Of a stretch of 64,000 nucleotides of DNA, positions 11,644 to 22,442 are shown one piece after another. A program made the position numbers and the translations under genes. Below the pieces are notes generated by a model. It did not search any database, was not told the origin of the DNA, and saw nothing but the letters and a program-made list of their open reading frames with translations. Position 1 is the first letter of the stretch; each line of letters opens with the position of its first letter. The stretch lies in sequence record OR539221.1. One strand, 5' to 3'. The stretch is from Escherichia phage vB-Eco-KMB42.

Positions 11644-12324
11644 TTATTTTAATGTTACGAAAGAAGAATTGCGTGTTTCACGAATTAAAACTGATCCGTC
11701 GCGATTAATGTAATAAATTAAGCTAAACAGAGTTTGGTGTGCTGACGCGTGTTCAAAACTAGTTGGATGAGATTTCCAATCAGGAGTTTCAGCGATCCAT
11801 TGATAAATCCACCAAGGAACCGTACAGAATCCTGGATTTTTCCCCAATAATTGAAGATTCGGGCTAAAGTTTTCCGGAAGAGTAAATACAGACGGCTTTT
11901 CAGATTCAATAATCTCAGCTACAGCTTGTTCAAACTTTTCTTCAACAAAAGGAGTGTCTTCAATCAAACCATCAGTATTTTCAGGAATTTTATCCGTTTC
12001 TACCACTTCAATTTTAACATCAGATTTAACTGGAGAATCAATCAGAAGTGCTGCTTCTGGATTAACTTCTTCATCGTCATATTTTAATCCCTCTGCAGCA
12101 TCAGCAGCATCAATTAAGTCTTTAATAGATAACCCATCAGTCTCTGGCATAGGTTCACTAGCGAGCTTCTGGAGGGCTTCTTCAATATCAACAACGATAT
12201 TATCAAAAGATTTATTCTTTTTGACCTTTATACCAAACTGTTCAGCGTATTCAGCTAATTTAGCTTTAGCTTCTTTATTATCATCAAGAGCCTTCAGCTC
12301 TGCAATATAATCTTTATCTATCAT
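11644..12324 (-). CDS. inh: Inhibitor of prohead protease Inh
   Basis: 226 aa acidic protein immediately upstream of hoc as in T4. Confidence 0.7.
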   Translation of the reverse strand: MIDKDYIAELKALDDNKEAKAKLAEYAEQFGIKVKKNKSFDNIVVDIEEALQKLASEPMPETDGLSIKDLIDAADAAEGLKYDDEEVNPEAALLIDSPVKSDVKIEVVETDKIPENTDGLIEDTPFVEEKFEQAVAEIIESEKPSVFTLPENFSPNLQLLGKNPGFCTVPWWIYQWIAETPDWKSHPTSFEHASAHQTLFSLIYYINRDGSVLIRETRNSSFVTLK

Positions 12325-12337
12325 AATATTTCCTCAG

Positions 12338-12345
12338 TATAAATA
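12338..12345 (+). promoter_or_regulatory. Late promoter (TATAAATA) for uvsW
   Basis: Exact TATAAATA 30 nt upstream of uvsW ATG. Confidence 0.5.
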
Positions 12346-12374
12346 TAGATATATTTATTACATGGTATTTAGAC

Positions 12375-13886
12375 ATGACTGACATTAAAGTACATTTTTA
12401 TGATTTTAGTCACGTGAGAATTGATTGTGAAGAAAGTACATTTCATGAACTCCGTGATTTCTTTAGCTTTGAAGCTGATGGGTATCGTTTTAATCCGAAA
12501 TACAAATATGGCAACTGGGATGGACGAATCCGTCTTTTAGATTATAATCGTCTTCTTCCATTCGGCTTAGTCGGGCAAATTAAAAAGTTCTGTGATAACT
12601 TTGGCTATAAAGCCTGGATTGACCCACAAATTAACGAAAAAGAAGAATTATCAAGAAAAGATTTTGATGAATGGCTTTCTAAATTAGAAATCTATTCAGG
12701 AAATAAAAGAATTGAACCACACTGGTATCAAAAAGATGCAGTGTTCGAAGGATTAGTTAATCGTCGTAGAATTCTTAATCTTCCAACTTCGGCTGGTAAA
12801 TCTTTAATTCAAGCTTTGCTTGCGCGATATTATTTGGAAAATTATGAAGGTAAAATTCTTATCATTGTTCCAACAACTGCTCTGACAACTCAGATGGCTG
12901 ATGACTTTGTTGATTATCGTTTATTCAGTCACGCAATGATAAAGAAAATTGGTGGCGGAGCATCAAAAGATGATAAATATAAAAATGATGCACCAGTCGT
13001 TGTTGGTACATGGCAAACTGTAGTAAAACAACCAAAAGAATGGTTCTCACAGTTTGGAATGATGATGAATGATGAATGCCATCTTGCTACAGGAAAAAGT
13101 ATTTCATCTATCATATCAGGTTTAAATAACTGCATGTTCAAATTTGGTCTATCTGGTTCATTACGTGATGGCAAAGCCAATATCATGCAGTATGTTGGAA
13201 TGTTTGGTGAAATATTTAAGCCAGTAACGACTTCTAAATTAATGGAAGATGGGCAAGTAACTGAGCTAAAAATTAATAGTATTTTTCTTCGCTATCCCGA
13301 TGAGTTCACTACTAAATTAAAGGGAAAAACTTATCAAGAAGAAATAAAAATTATTACGGGGCTTAGTAAAAGAAATAAATGGATCGCTAAATTAGCTATT
13401 AAGCTTGCGCAAAAAGATGAAAACGCTTTTGTCATGTTTAAACATGTATCGCACGGTAAAGCTATTTTCGATTTAATTAAAAATGAATACGATAAAGTTT
13501 ATTACGTATCAGGGGAAGTTGATACCGAAACACGCAATATAATGAAAACCTTAGCTGAAAATGGTAAAGGAATAATTATAGTAGCTAGTTATGGTGTATT
13601 TTCTACTGGTATTTCAGTTAAAAATCTGCATCACGTTGTTTTAGCGCACGGTGTTAAATCAAAAATCATTGTATTACAAACAATCGGTCGTGTATTACGT
13701 AAGCATGGTTCTAAGACAATAGCAACAGTCTGGGACCTCATAGATGATTGTGGTGTTAAGCCAAAATCTGCTAATACGAAAAAGAAATATGTTCATTTGA
13801 ACTATCTTTTAAAACACGGCATTGATCGTATTCAGCGCTACGCAGATGAAAAATTCAATTACGTAATGAAAACAGTTAATTTATAA
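12375..13886 (+). CDS. uvsW: UvsW DNA helicase
   Basis: 503 aa; Walker A (PTSAGKS) and DECH box motifs; T4 gene order. Confidence 0.9.
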   Translation: MTDIKVHFYDFSHVRIDCEESTFHELRDFFSFEADGYRFNPKYKYGNWDGRIRLLDYNRLLPFGLVGQIKKFCDNFGYKAWIDPQINEKEELSRKDFDEWLSKLEIYSGNKRIEPHWYQKDAVFEGLVNRRRILNLPTSAGKSLIQALLARYYLENYEGKILIIVPTTALTTQMADDFVDYRLFSHAMIKKIGGGASKDDKYKNDAPVVVGTWQTVVKQPKEWFSQFGMMMNDECHLATGKSISSIISGLNNCMFKFGLSGSLRDGKANIMQYVGMFGEIFKPVTTSKLMEDGQVTELKINSIFLRYPDEFTTKLKGKTYQEEIKIITGLSKRNKWIAKLAIKLAQKDENAFVMFKHVSHGKAIFDLIKNEYDKVYYVSGEVDTETRNIMKTLAENGKGIIIVASYGVFSTGISVKNLHHVVLAHGVKSKIIVLQTIGRVLRKHGSKTIATVWDLIDDCGVKPKSANTKKKYVHLNYLLKHGIDRIQRYADEKFNYVMKTVNL

Positions 13887-13899
13887 GGGCTTCGGCCCT

Positions 13900-14145
13900 T
13901 TGGAGAAAAAGATGTTACTAGAATTTAAACAATTTCTTTATGAAGCTTCTATTGATGAATTTATGGGTAAAATTGCCTCTTGTCAAACATTAGAAGGTTT
14001 AGAAGAACTTGAAGCTTATTATAAGAAAAGAGTCAAAGAAACTGAATTAAAAGATACTGATGACATCTCTGTGAGAGATGCTTTGGCAGGAAAAAGAGCT
14101 GAATTAGAAGATTCAGACGATGATGAAGTAGAAGAAAGTTTTTAA
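13900..14145 (+). CDS. uvsW.1: UvsW.1 small acidic protein
   Basis: 81-aa ORF directly after uvsW, preceded by GGGC-UUCG-GCCC hairpin and GGAG RBS. Confidence 0.7.
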   Translation: MEKKMLLEFKQFLYEASIDEFMGKIASCQTLEGLEELEAYYKKRVKETELKDTDDISVRDALAGKRAELEDSDDDEVEESF

Positions 14146-14176
14146 ATAAAAAAGGCCCAACCGAAAAGGAAGGGCC
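14146..14176 (-). terminator. Putative terminator at end of uvsY transcription unit
   Basis: GGCCC/GGGCC stem with U-run on minus strand after small ORF stop. Confidence 0.4.
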
Positions 14177-14199
14177 AAAACTATAGACTAAAGGTCACA

Positions 14200-14367
14200 C
14201 TATAGCAAAAGTTGTGTTTCATTTAATTGTTCTTCCGAACTTTCTGAAACTGGTAGTTCTTTAATGTAATTATAGCAAGGCCCAGGATGTACAGGACCTT
14301 TGTCTGTTTCAACAACCAATGCAGAATCGATTGGAGTTTTACAGACAACACAAATCTTATCTGACAT
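14200..14367 (-). CDS. Small Cys-containing protein (55 aa, uvsY.-2-like position)
   Basis: ORF below the 60-aa cutoff of the ORF track; hand-translated MSDKICVVCKTPIDSALVVETDKGPVHPGPCYNYIKELPVSESSEEQLNETQLLL; CxxC plus H/C. Confidence 0.5.
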   Translation of the reverse strand: MSDKICVVCKTPIDSALVVETDKGPVHPGPCYNYIKELPVSESSEEQLNETQLLL

Positions 14368-14395
14368 GATTGTCTCCTCTGAATTATATATCTAT

Positions 14396-14620
14396 TTATA
14401 CAACTCTCATATGCATATCAATGCCCATATCTTTAGAATAAAAATATTCATCAAGATATCCAGCAAATTTTCCTTTAATATAAAGGACATCTTCACCACA
14501 TGGATGGTCGGCCAGGATACGAATATCCTGACGCTTAAGATTATACTTTTTCATTAAGAATTGAATTTCCGTTTCAAATTCTTCTTCATAATTAAAAGCA
14601 TCATCAATGTTATATCTCAT
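14396..14620 (-). CDS. Hypothetical protein (uvsY.-1-like)
   Basis: 74-aa ORF start-stop overlapping uvsY. Confidence 0.65.
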   Translation of the reverse strand: MRYNIDDAFNYEEEFETEIQFLMKKYNLKRQDIRILADHPCGEDVLYIKGKFAGYLDEYFYSKDMGIDMHMRVV

Positions 14621-15033
14621 TATTTTCCAGCCTCAAATGCCCGCATGTCTTGAATATGCTTAATAGCAAATCCACGTGATTTAATAGCATCAAGAGCTCC
14701 GCTACAGAAATCTAATAAAATCCCCCAATATTGTAACGAGGTATCAACCTTTAAAACATCCTTATCAGCTGATAGAACTGTCTTCATTTCTGATTTCTCG
14801 TAACGATCCATACTAAATTCATCACCATCTCCTCGTCCCGAGTAGTAATCTAATTTAGCTTTAAGAGCAACTTTTTTCTGTGCTTCAATTCTAAGCATTT
14901 CCTTTTTAATACTTGAATGCTTATTAAGCCATTTACTATATAACATCACATTATTAGCTGCTTCATACTGTAATTTAGTCGAATCTATAAACACATCTTT
15001 CTTCAATTCTTCTTGAAGATCTTCTAATCTCAT
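14620..15033 (-). CDS. uvsY: Recombination mediator UvsY
   Basis: 137 aa as T4 UvsY; N-terminus MRLEDLQEELKKD. Confidence 0.9.
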   Translation of the reverse strand: MRLEDLQEELKKDVFIDSTKLQYEAANNVMLYSKWLNKHSSIKKEMLRIEAQKKVALKAKLDYYSGRGDGDEFSMDRYEKSEMKTVLSADKDVLKVDTSLQYWGILLDFCSGALDAIKSRGFAIKHIQDMRAFEAGK

Positions 15034-15073
15034 ATTGTTCTCTATTCAATTGTTATTGGATGGACTTAGATTC

Positions 15074-15099
15074 ATTATACCACGTTTTAACGTGAAGCA
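15074..15099 (-). promoter_or_regulatory. MotA-dependent middle promoter for uvsY
   Basis: Minus strand reads aaTGCTTCA (MotA box) - 13 nt - TATAAT upstream of uvsY. Confidence 0.55.
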
Positions 15100-15498
15100 T
15101 TATACCCTATTACTGGAAGCCAGTTGCAGTTTTATCTGCTCAATATCATCAGGATTATCGATGACCGAAAAGCGTATTTCTACTATCAGAGTATAATCAT
15201 CATAAACCGGTATTACATTAACTGCTAATTTATCAATACGTGGCTCATAGTTTCTTACTGCGCTTTCGATATTACGCTCAACCGTGTCAGCAGTAAGAGG
15301 AGTCATATTCTCAAAAAGTTGGTCAGATAAATCACATCCAAATTCAGGGTCAAACGGTCTTGAACCTTTTCTTGTTGTAATAATTCCTAAAAGACTATTT
15401 TTAATTGACCTTAATCCAAGTGATCTTGAAACGTCTTTGTTCCAATCCATTTTCATCTCTGGGTCAATATCAGAATAAAGCTTATTAATATTTGCCAT
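15100..15498 (-). CDS. 25: Baseplate wedge protein gp25
   Basis: 132 aa as T4 gp25; adjacent to gene 26. Confidence 0.9.
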   Translation of the reverse strand: MANINKLYSDIDPEMKMDWNKDVSRSLGLRSIKNSLLGIITTRKGSRPFDPEFGCDLSDQLFENMTPLTADTVERNIESAVRNYEPRIDKLAVNVIPVYDDYTLIVEIRFSVIDNPDDIEQIKLQLASSNRV

Positions 15499-16124
15499 TA
15501 CAATAGCTCAAAGAATTCTTTGAGTCCTCTTATTACATGAGCGTGAATTTTTCCACACTCTGGACATTTAATTGGAACAGCCAAATAAACAGTAGGCTTT
15601 AAAAGCATATCTTTTATAGCTACAATATCTGACTCTGTGATGATAGAATATAAATCTTCCAATTCTTTTTCATTTAAGTCTTCAACTGGAATGCTTTCCC
15701 CGTTAGCGTGAATCGTTTCTATACATGATACTATCATGTGGGCTATATTTTTATCATCAAAAATTTTAGGGTAATGGAATTTAATTTTAATGTCACCCAG
15801 TGTATACCAGAGGTCTTCTGGTGCATCTATTTGTGTATGTAATAGATTTATATGGGTTGGTATTTCAGTTCCGCAGGTGCACTTCCAGGAGTTTTCGTGA
15901 TTAACTTCGCCAAGAGAATGTGCCCATAAATGAATCAACAATAGTTCTGATTCTTGACGATTTAAATCTTTTGCATTTGTGCAGTCTTTGATTAGCTTTT
16001 TAACAATTACTTCTACGGAACCATTATTTTTGGCAGTAATAAGTTCTAGATATTCTTTAAGCGTGAATGCGCGACAATTGATTATTTTAGAACCAACTCT
16101 CACATCAAATTTGTATTCATACAT
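15498..16124 (-). CDS. 26: Baseplate hub protein gp26
   Basis: 208 aa as T4 gp26; divergent from gene 51. Confidence 0.85.
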   Translation of the reverse strand: MYEYKFDVRVGSKIINCRAFTLKEYLELITAKNNGSVEVIVKKLIKDCTNAKDLNRQESELLLIHLWAHSLGEVNHENSWKCTCGTEIPTHINLLHTQIDAPEDLWYTLGDIKIKFHYPKIFDDKNIAHMIVSCIETIHANGESIPVEDLNEKELEDLYSIITESDIVAIKDMLLKPTVYLAVPIKCPECGKIHAHVIRGLKEFFELL

Positions 16125-16145
16125 ATTTAGCTCCTTTATTTATCA

Positions 16146-16153
16146 TATTTATA
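16146..16153 (-). promoter_or_regulatory. Late promoter (TATAAATA on minus strand) for genes 26-25
   Basis: Reverse complement of TATTTATA is TATAAATA, 22 nt upstream of gene 26 ATG. Confidence 0.5.
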
Positions 16154-16157
16154 AATA
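16150..16157 (+). promoter_or_regulatory. Late promoter (TATAAATA) for gene 51
   Basis: Exact TATAAATA 18 nt upstream of gene 51 ATG; overlaps divergent minus-strand late promoter. Confidence 0.55.
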
Positions 16158-16174
16158 GAATAAAAGGAGCATCT

Positions 16175-16927
16175 ATGGCAAACATTATTCGTTGTAAATT
16201 ACCAGATGGTGTTCATCGTTTTAAACCATTTACGGTAGAAGATTATCGAGATTTTTTGTTAGTTCGAAACGATATAGAACATCGGTCACCACAAGAACAA
16301 AAAGAAGTAATTGCTGATTTAATTGCTGATTATTTTGGAGACTATCCAAAGACTTGGCAACCATTTATATTTTTGCAGGTATTTGTAGGTTCAATAGGTA
16401 AAACTAAAGTACCAGTCACATTTGTATGTCCAAAATGTAAAAAAGAAAAGACAGTTCCATTTGAAATATATCAAAAAGAATTAAAGGAACCTATTTTTGA
16501 TGTAGCTAATGTTAAAATTAAATTAAATTTTCCTTCTGAGTTTTATGAAAATAAAGCAAAGATGATTACTGAAAATATTCATTCTGTTCAAGTAGATGAA
16601 ATGTGGTATGATTGGAAGGAAATTAGTGAATCAAGTCAAATAGAACTTGTTGACGCCATCGAGATAGAAACATTAGAAAAAATTCTCGATGCAATGAATC
16701 CTATTAATTTAACATTGCACATGTCGTGTTGTGATAAGTACATTAAAAAATACACTGATATAGTAGATGTGTTTAAGCTATTAGTTAATCCAGATGAGAT
16801 ATTTACTTTTTATCAAATTAATCACACGCTTGTAAAAAGTAATTATAGCTTAAATTCAATAATGAAAATGATTCCTGCCGAGCGCGGATTCGTATTAAAA
16901 CTGATTGAGAAGGATAAACATCAATGA
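16175..16927 (+). CDS. 51: Baseplate hub assembly catalyst gp51
   Basis: 250 aa; divergent from gene 26; overlaps gene 27 start. Confidence 0.85.
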   Translation: MANIIRCKLPDGVHRFKPFTVEDYRDFLLVRNDIEHRSPQEQKEVIADLIADYFGDYPKTWQPFIFLQVFVGSIGKTKVPVTFVCPKCKKEKTVPFEIYQKELKEPIFDVANVKIKLNFPSEFYENKAKMITENIHSVQVDEMWYDWKEISESSQIELVDAIEIETLEKILDAMNPINLTLHMSCCDKYIKKYTDIVDVFKLLVNPDEIFTFYQINHTLVKSNYSLNSIMKMIPAERGFVLKLIEKDKHQ

Positions 16928-18096
16928 GTATGTTACAACGTCCTGGATATCCAAATCTCAGCGTTAAATTATTTGAGAGTTATGACGCTTGGAGTAATAA
17001 TAGATTTGTTGAATTAGCTGCTACTATTACCACATTAACTATGCGTGACTCTCTTTATGGTCGAAATGAAGGAATGCTACAATTTTATGATTCTAAAAAC
17101 ATTCATACAAAAATGGATGGAAATGAAATAATTCAGATTTCTGTAGCTAATGCAAACGATATTAATAATGTTAAAACACGAATTTATGGATGCAAGCATT
17201 TTTCCGTGTCAGTAGATTCAAAAGGCGATAACATCATTGCTATTGAATTGGGAACTATTCATTCTATAGAAAATCTTAAATTTGGTAGACCATTTTTCCC
17301 TGATGCCGGTGAATCTATAAAGGAAATGCTTGGCGTAATTTATCAAGATCGTACATTATTAACTCCAGCGATAAATGCTATTAATGCTTATGTTCCTGAT
17401 ATTCCATGGACTAGCACATTTGAAAACTATTTGTCATATGTAAGAGAAGTTGCTCTAGCGGTAGGAAGCGATAAGTTCGTATTTGTATGGCAAGACATCA
17501 TGGGAGTTAACATGATGGACTATGATATGATGATAAATCAAGAACCATATCCAATGATTGTAGGTGAGCCAACTTTAATAGGTCAATTCGTCCAAGAATT
17601 GAAATATCCATTAGCATATGATTTTGTTTGGTTGACTAAATCAAATCCGCATAAACGCGATCCAATGAAAAATGCTACTATCTATGCTCATTCATTTTTA
17701 GATTCTTCATTACCAATGATTACTACAGGAAAGGGTGAAAACTCTATTGTAGTGTCAAGGTCAGGTGCTTATTCTGAAATGACTTATAGAAATGGATATG
17801 AAGAAGCTATTCGTCTTCAGACTATGGCGCAGTATGATGGTTACGCTAAATGTTCTACTGTCGGTAATTTTAACTTGACTCCTGGCGTTAAAATTATTTT
17901 TAATGATAGTAAAAACCAATTTAAAACAGAATTTTACGTTGATGAAGTTATTCACGAATTATCAAATAATAATTCCGTAACTCATCTTTATATGTTCACT
18001 AATGCAACGAAACTGGAAACAATCGACCCAGTTAAGGTTAAAAATGAATTTAAAACTGATACTACCACTGAAGAAAGTAGTTCTTCCGATAAGTAA
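16924..18096 (+). CDS. 27: Baseplate hub protein gp27
   Basis: 390 aa; gene order 51-27-28-29. Confidence 0.9.
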   Translation: MSMLQRPGYPNLSVKLFESYDAWSNNRFVELAATITTLTMRDSLYGRNEGMLQFYDSKNIHTKMDGNEIIQISVANANDINNVKTRIYGCKHFSVSVDSKGDNIIAIELGTIHSIENLKFGRPFFPDAGESIKEMLGVIYQDRTLLTPAINAINAYVPDIPWTSTFENYLSYVREVALAVGSDKFVFVWQDIMGVNMMDYDMMINQEPYPMIVGEPTLIGQFVQELKYPLAYDFVWLTKSNPHKRDPMKNATIYAHSFLDSSLPMITTGKGENSIVVSRSGAYSEMTYRNGYEEAIRLQTMAQYDGYAKCSTVGNFNLTPGVKIIFNDSKNQFKTEFYVDEVIHELSNNNSVTHLYMFTNATKLETIDPVKVKNEFKTDTTTEESSSSDK

Positions 18097-18577
18097 TAAA
18101 GAAGTTTCTATTCCTAAGATGGGTCTTAAACATTATAACATTTTAAAAGATGTTAAAGGTCCTGATGAAAATTTAAAGCTTCTTATTGATTCTATTTGTC
18201 CAAATTTATCACCTGCAGAAGTTGATTTCGTTTCTATTCATTTGCTAGAATTTAATGGAAAGATTAAATCTCGTAAAGAAATAGATGGTTATACTTATGA
18301 TATTAATGACGTTTATGTATGTCAAAGATTGGAATTTCAATACCAAGGAAATACATTTTATTTTAGACCTCCTGGAAAATTTGAACAATTTTTAACTGTA
18401 AGCGATATGTTATCCAAATGCTTGCTTAAGGTCAATGATGAAGTTAAAGAAATTAATTTTCTTGAGATGCCAGCATTTGTTTTAAAATGGGCAAATGATA
18501 TTTCTACAACTTTAGCAATTCCTGGCCCTAATGGTCCAATAACCGGAATTGGCAATATTATTGGATTATTTGAATGA
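18044..18577 (+). CDS. 28: Baseplate hub distal protein gp28
   Basis: ORF track starts at 18002; ATG at 18044 gives 177 aa (T4 gp28 length) overlapping end of gene 27. Confidence 0.8.
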   Translation: MNLKLILPLKKVVLPISNKEVSIPKMGLKHYNILKDVKGPDENLKLLIDSICPNLSPAEVDFVSIHLLEFNGKIKSRKEIDGYTYDINDVYVCQRLEFQYQGNTFYFRPPGKFEQFLTVSDMLSKCLLKVNDEVKEINFLEMPAFVLKWANDISTTLAIPGPNGPITGIGNIIGLFE

Positions 18578-20346
18578 AAAAGCCACAAGAAATGCAAACG
18601 ATGCGTAGAAAAGTTATTTCAGATAATAAACCAACACAGGAAGCGGCTAAATCCGCTTCCAACACTTTATCTGGACTTAATGACATATCTACGAAATTGG
18701 ATGATGCTCAAGCTGCCTCTGAATTAATAGCTCAAACTGTCGAAGAAAAATCGAATGAAATAGTTGGAGCAATTGATAACGTTGAAAGCGCAGTAAGTGA
18801 TACTACTGTCGGTTCTGAGTTAATTGCTGAAACTGTTGAAATTGGCAACAATATTAATAAAGAAATCGGTGAATCGCTCGGAAGCAAATTAGATAAATTA
18901 ACAAGTTTACTGGAACAAAAAATTCAGACAGCTGGAATTCAGCAAACTGGAACGAGTTTAGCAGTAGTCGAAAATGCTATTCCTGTTAAAGTCGTCGAGG
19001 ATGATACAGCTGAATCTGTGGGTCCTTTATTACCGGCTCCTGAAGCAGTTAATAATGATCCTGATGCTGATTTTTTCCCTACTCCTCAGCCAATTGAACC
19101 AAAACAAGAGTCTCCAGAAGAGAAGCAAAAAAGAGACGCATTTAACTTAAAAATATCTAATGCATTAGATAAATTAACAAAGACAGTTGATTTCGGATTT
19201 AAGAAATCTATTTCAATTACTGATAAAATATCTAGTATGCTATTTAAGTATACCGTCAGTGCTGCTATTGAAGCTGCTAAAATGGTTGCATTGATAATGG
19301 CTGTTGTTATTGGAATAGACCTGCTGATGGTTCATTTTAAATACTGGTCAGATAAATTTTCAAAAGCCTGGGATTTATTTGGTACTGATTTTACTAAATT
19401 CTCTAGCGAAACCGGAACATGGGGTCCTTTATTACAGAGCATCTTTGATTCTATTGATAAAATTAAACAACTTTGGGAAGCTGGAGATTGGGGCGGATTA
19501 ACAGTAGCTATTGTTGAAGGGCTTGGAAGTGTTCTTTATAATTTAGGAGAGCTTATTCAATTAGGTATGGCTAAATTATCTGCTGCAATTCTTCGAGTCA
19601 TTCCTGGCATGAAGGATACTGCTGATGAAGTAGAAGGAAGAGCATTAGAAAATTTCCAAAATTCTACTGGAGCATCTCTTAATAAAGAAGACCAAGAAAA
19701 AGTAGCAAATTATCAAGATAAACGAATGAATGACGATCTTGGCCCAATAGCAAAAGGATTAGACAAAATTGCGAACTGGAAAACTCGTGCATCTAACTGG
19801 ATTCGTGGTGTAGATAATAAAGAAGCATTGACTACTGACGAAGAACGTGCAGCAGAAGAAGAAAAATTAAAACAACTTTCACCGGAAGAAAGAAAAAATG
19901 CTTTAATGAAAGCTAATGAAGCTCGTGCTGCGATGATTCGTTTTGAAAAATACGCTGATTCAGCTGATATGAGCAAAGACTCGACAGTTAAATCAATTGA
20001 AGCTGCTCATGAAGACCTTAAAAAACGAATGAATGATCCGGATTTAAATAATTCACCAGCGGTTAAAAAAGAGCTTGCTTCTAGATTTGCTAAAATTGAT
20101 GCCACTTATCAAGAGCTCAAGAAAAATCAACCTGAAGCAAAACCTGAAACTTCTGCTAAATCACCAGAAGCAAAACAGGTCCAGGTGATTGAAAAGAACA
20201 AAGCACAACAAGCTCCTGTTCAACAAGCATCTCCTTCAATCAATAATACTAATAATGTTATTAAGAAAAATACTGTCGTTCATAATATGACACCTGTCAC
20301 AAGCACAACTGCTCCTGGTGTATTTGGTGCGACGGGAGTTAATTAA
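18574..20346 (+). CDS. 29: Baseplate hub / tail length determining protein gp29
   Basis: 590 aa as T4 gp29; overlaps gene 28 stop. Confidence 0.85.
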   Translation: MKKPQEMQTMRRKVISDNKPTQEAAKSASNTLSGLNDISTKLDDAQAASELIAQTVEEKSNEIVGAIDNVESAVSDTTVGSELIAETVEIGNNINKEIGESLGSKLDKLTSLLEQKIQTAGIQQTGTSLAVVENAIPVKVVEDDTAESVGPLLPAPEAVNNDPDADFFPTPQPIEPKQESPEEKQKRDAFNLKISNALDKLTKTVDFGFKKSISITDKISSMLFKYTVSAAIEAAKMVALIMAVVIGIDLLMVHFKYWSDKFSKAWDLFGTDFTKFSSETGTWGPLLQSIFDSIDKIKQLWEAGDWGGLTVAIVEGLGSVLYNLGELIQLGMAKLSAAILRVIPGMKDTADEVEGRALENFQNSTGASLNKEDQEKVANYQDKRMNDDLGPIAKGLDKIANWKTRASNWIRGVDNKEALTTDEERAAEEEKLKQLSPEERKNALMKANEARAAMIRFEKYADSADMSKDSTVKSIEAAHEDLKKRMNDPDLNNSPAVKKELASRFAKIDATYQELKKNQPEAKPETSAKSPEAKQVQVIEKNKAQQAPVQQASPSINNTNNVIKKNTVVHNMTPVTSTTAPGVFGATGVN

Positions 20347-20354
20347 GGAATAAT

Positions 20355-21449
20355 ATGGCAATTGTTAAAGAAATAACTGCTGATTTAATTAAAAAGTCCG
20401 GTGAAACAATTTCAGCCGGACAGAGTACTAAATCAGAAGTAGGAACTAAAACATACACAGCCCAGTTTCCAACTGGGCGTGCTAGTGGTAATGACACTAC
20501 AGGGGACTTCCAGGTAACAGATCTATATAAGAATGGATTATTATTTACTGCATACAATATGTCATCTAGGGATTCTGGAAGTCTTAGAACGATGAGATCT
20601 AACTACTCTTCTTCATCTTCGAGTATTTTACGTACAGCCAGAAACACTATCAGTAATACAGTATCAAAACTATCAAATGGACTAATATCAGATAATAATT
20701 CAGGAACAATAAGTAAAGTTCCTGTTGCAAATATTCTTTTACCTAGATCTAAATCTGACGTCGATACGTCATCACATAGATTTAATGATGTTCAAGATAG
20801 TCTTATTACAAAAGGCGGAGGAACTGCTACTGGTGTGCTAAGCAATATGGCTTCAACCGCAGTATTTGGAGCGTTGGAAAGTATAACACAAGGTATAATG
20901 GCTGATAATAATGAACAGATCTATACAACAGCCAGAAGCATGTACGGCGGTGCTGAAAATAGAACTAAAGTGTTCACCTGGGATTTAACTCCGCGCTCAA
21001 CAGAAGATTTAATGGCTATTATTAATATCTATCAGTATTTTAACTATTTTTCTTACGGTGAAACTGGTAAATCTCAATATGCTGCTGAAATAAAAGGATA
21101 TTTAGATGAGTGGTATCGTTCTACATTTATTGAACCATTAACGCCAGAAGACGCGATTAAAAACAAGACGTTATTTGAAAAAATGACATCGAGTTTAACG
21201 AACGTTCTTGTAGTTTCAAACCCGACAATTTGGATGGTGAAAAACTTTGGTGCAACTTCTAAATTTGATGGAAAGACTGAAGTATTCGGTCCATGCCAAA
21301 TACAGAGTATTAGATTTGATAAAACACCAAATGGTAACTTTAATGGATTAGCTATTGCTCCTAACCTTCCAAGTTCTTTTACACTCGAGATTACTATGAG
21401 AGAGATTATTACGTTAAACCGTGCTTCTTTATATACGGGGACTTTCTAA
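20355..21449 (+). CDS. 48: Baseplate tail tube cap protein gp48
   Basis: 364 aa as T4 gp48; gene order. Confidence 0.85.
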   Translation: MAIVKEITADLIKKSGETISAGQSTKSEVGTKTYTAQFPTGRASGNDTTGDFQVTDLYKNGLLFTAYNMSSRDSGSLRTMRSNYSSSSSSILRTARNTISNTVSKLSNGLISDNNSGTISKVPVANILLPRSKSDVDTSSHRFNDVQDSLITKGGGTATGVLSNMASTAVFGALESITQGIMADNNEQIYTTARSMYGGAENRTKVFTWDLTPRSTEDLMAIINIYQYFNYFSYGETGKSQYAAEIKGYLDEWYRSTFIEPLTPEDAIKNKTLFEKMTSSLTNVLVVSNPTIWMVKNFGATSKFDGKTEVFGPCQIQSIRFDKTPNGNFNGLAIAPNLPSSFTLEITMREIITLNRASLYTGTF

Positions 21450-22414
21450 TGTATTCTTTAGAGGAATTTAATAATCAAGCAATAAACGCAGACTTCCAAC
21501 GTAATAATATGTTCAGCTGTGTTTTTGCTACAACTCCATCAACTAAAAGCTCATCGTTAATAAGCTCAATTAGTAACTTTGCTTATAATAACTTGGGTCT
21601 AAATTCAGATTGGTTGGGATTAACTCAAGGTGATATTAATCAGGGAATTACCACGCTAATTACTGCTGGCACACAAAAACTAATAAGAAAATCGGGAGTC
21701 AGTAAATATCTTATTGGCGCTATGAGTCAGCGTACTGTTCAGAGTTTATTAGGCTCATTTACAGTTGGTACATATTTAATTGACTTCTTTAACATGGCAT
21801 ATAACTCATCTGGATTGATGATATACTCTGTAAAAATGCCAGAGAATAGATTATCCTATGAAACTGACTGGAACTATAATTCTCCTAATATTCGTATAAC
21901 TGGAAGAGAATTAGACCCTTTGGTTATTTCATTCAGAATGGATTCAGAAGCTTGTAACTATCGTGCAATGCAAGACTGGGTTAACGCTGTTCAAGACCCA
22001 GTAACTGGATTGCGTGCTTTGCCGCAAGATGTCGAGGCAGATATTCAGGTTAATCTTCATTCTCGCAATGGATTACCTCATACTGCGGTGATGTTCACTG
22101 GATGCATTCCAATATCAGTGAGCGCTCCTGAGTTATCATATGATGGAGATAACCAAATAACTACATTTGACGTTACTTTTGCGTATAGAGTGATGCAGGC
22201 TGGAGCAGTTGATAGACAAGCTGCCCTTGAATGGCTTGAATCTGCTACTATAAATGGTATTCAAAGCGTTCTCGGAAATAGTGGAGGTGTTACTGGACTA
22301 TCTAATTCGCTTTCACGACTTAGTAGATTAGGGGGAACTGCAGGAAGCATTTCAAATATTAATACTATGACAGGAATTGTCAATTCGCAAAGTAAAATAT
22401 TAGGAGCAATATAA
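21449..22414 (+). CDS. 54: Baseplate tail tube initiator gp54
   Basis: 321 aa; overlaps gene 48 stop. Confidence 0.85.
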   Translation: MYSLEEFNNQAINADFQRNNMFSCVFATTPSTKSSSLISSISNFAYNNLGLNSDWLGLTQGDINQGITTLITAGTQKLIRKSGVSKYLIGAMSQRTVQSLLGSFTVGTYLIDFFNMAYNSSGLMIYSVKMPENRLSYETDWNYNSPNIRITGRELDPLVISFRMDSEACNYRAMQDWVNAVQDPVTGLRALPQDVEADIQVNLHSRNGLPHTAVMFTGCIPISVSAPELSYDGDNQITTFDVTFAYRVMQAGAVDRQAALEWLESATINGIQSVLGNSGGVTGLSNSLSRLSRLGGTAGSISNINTMTGIVNSQSKILGAI

Positions 22415-22418
22415 CAAT

Positions 22419-22442
22419 GGGGACCGAAAGGTCCCCATATTT
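22419..22442 (+). terminator. Rho-independent terminator after gene 54
   Basis: GGGGACC-GAAA-GGUCCCC hairpin followed by U-rich tract. Confidence 0.6.
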
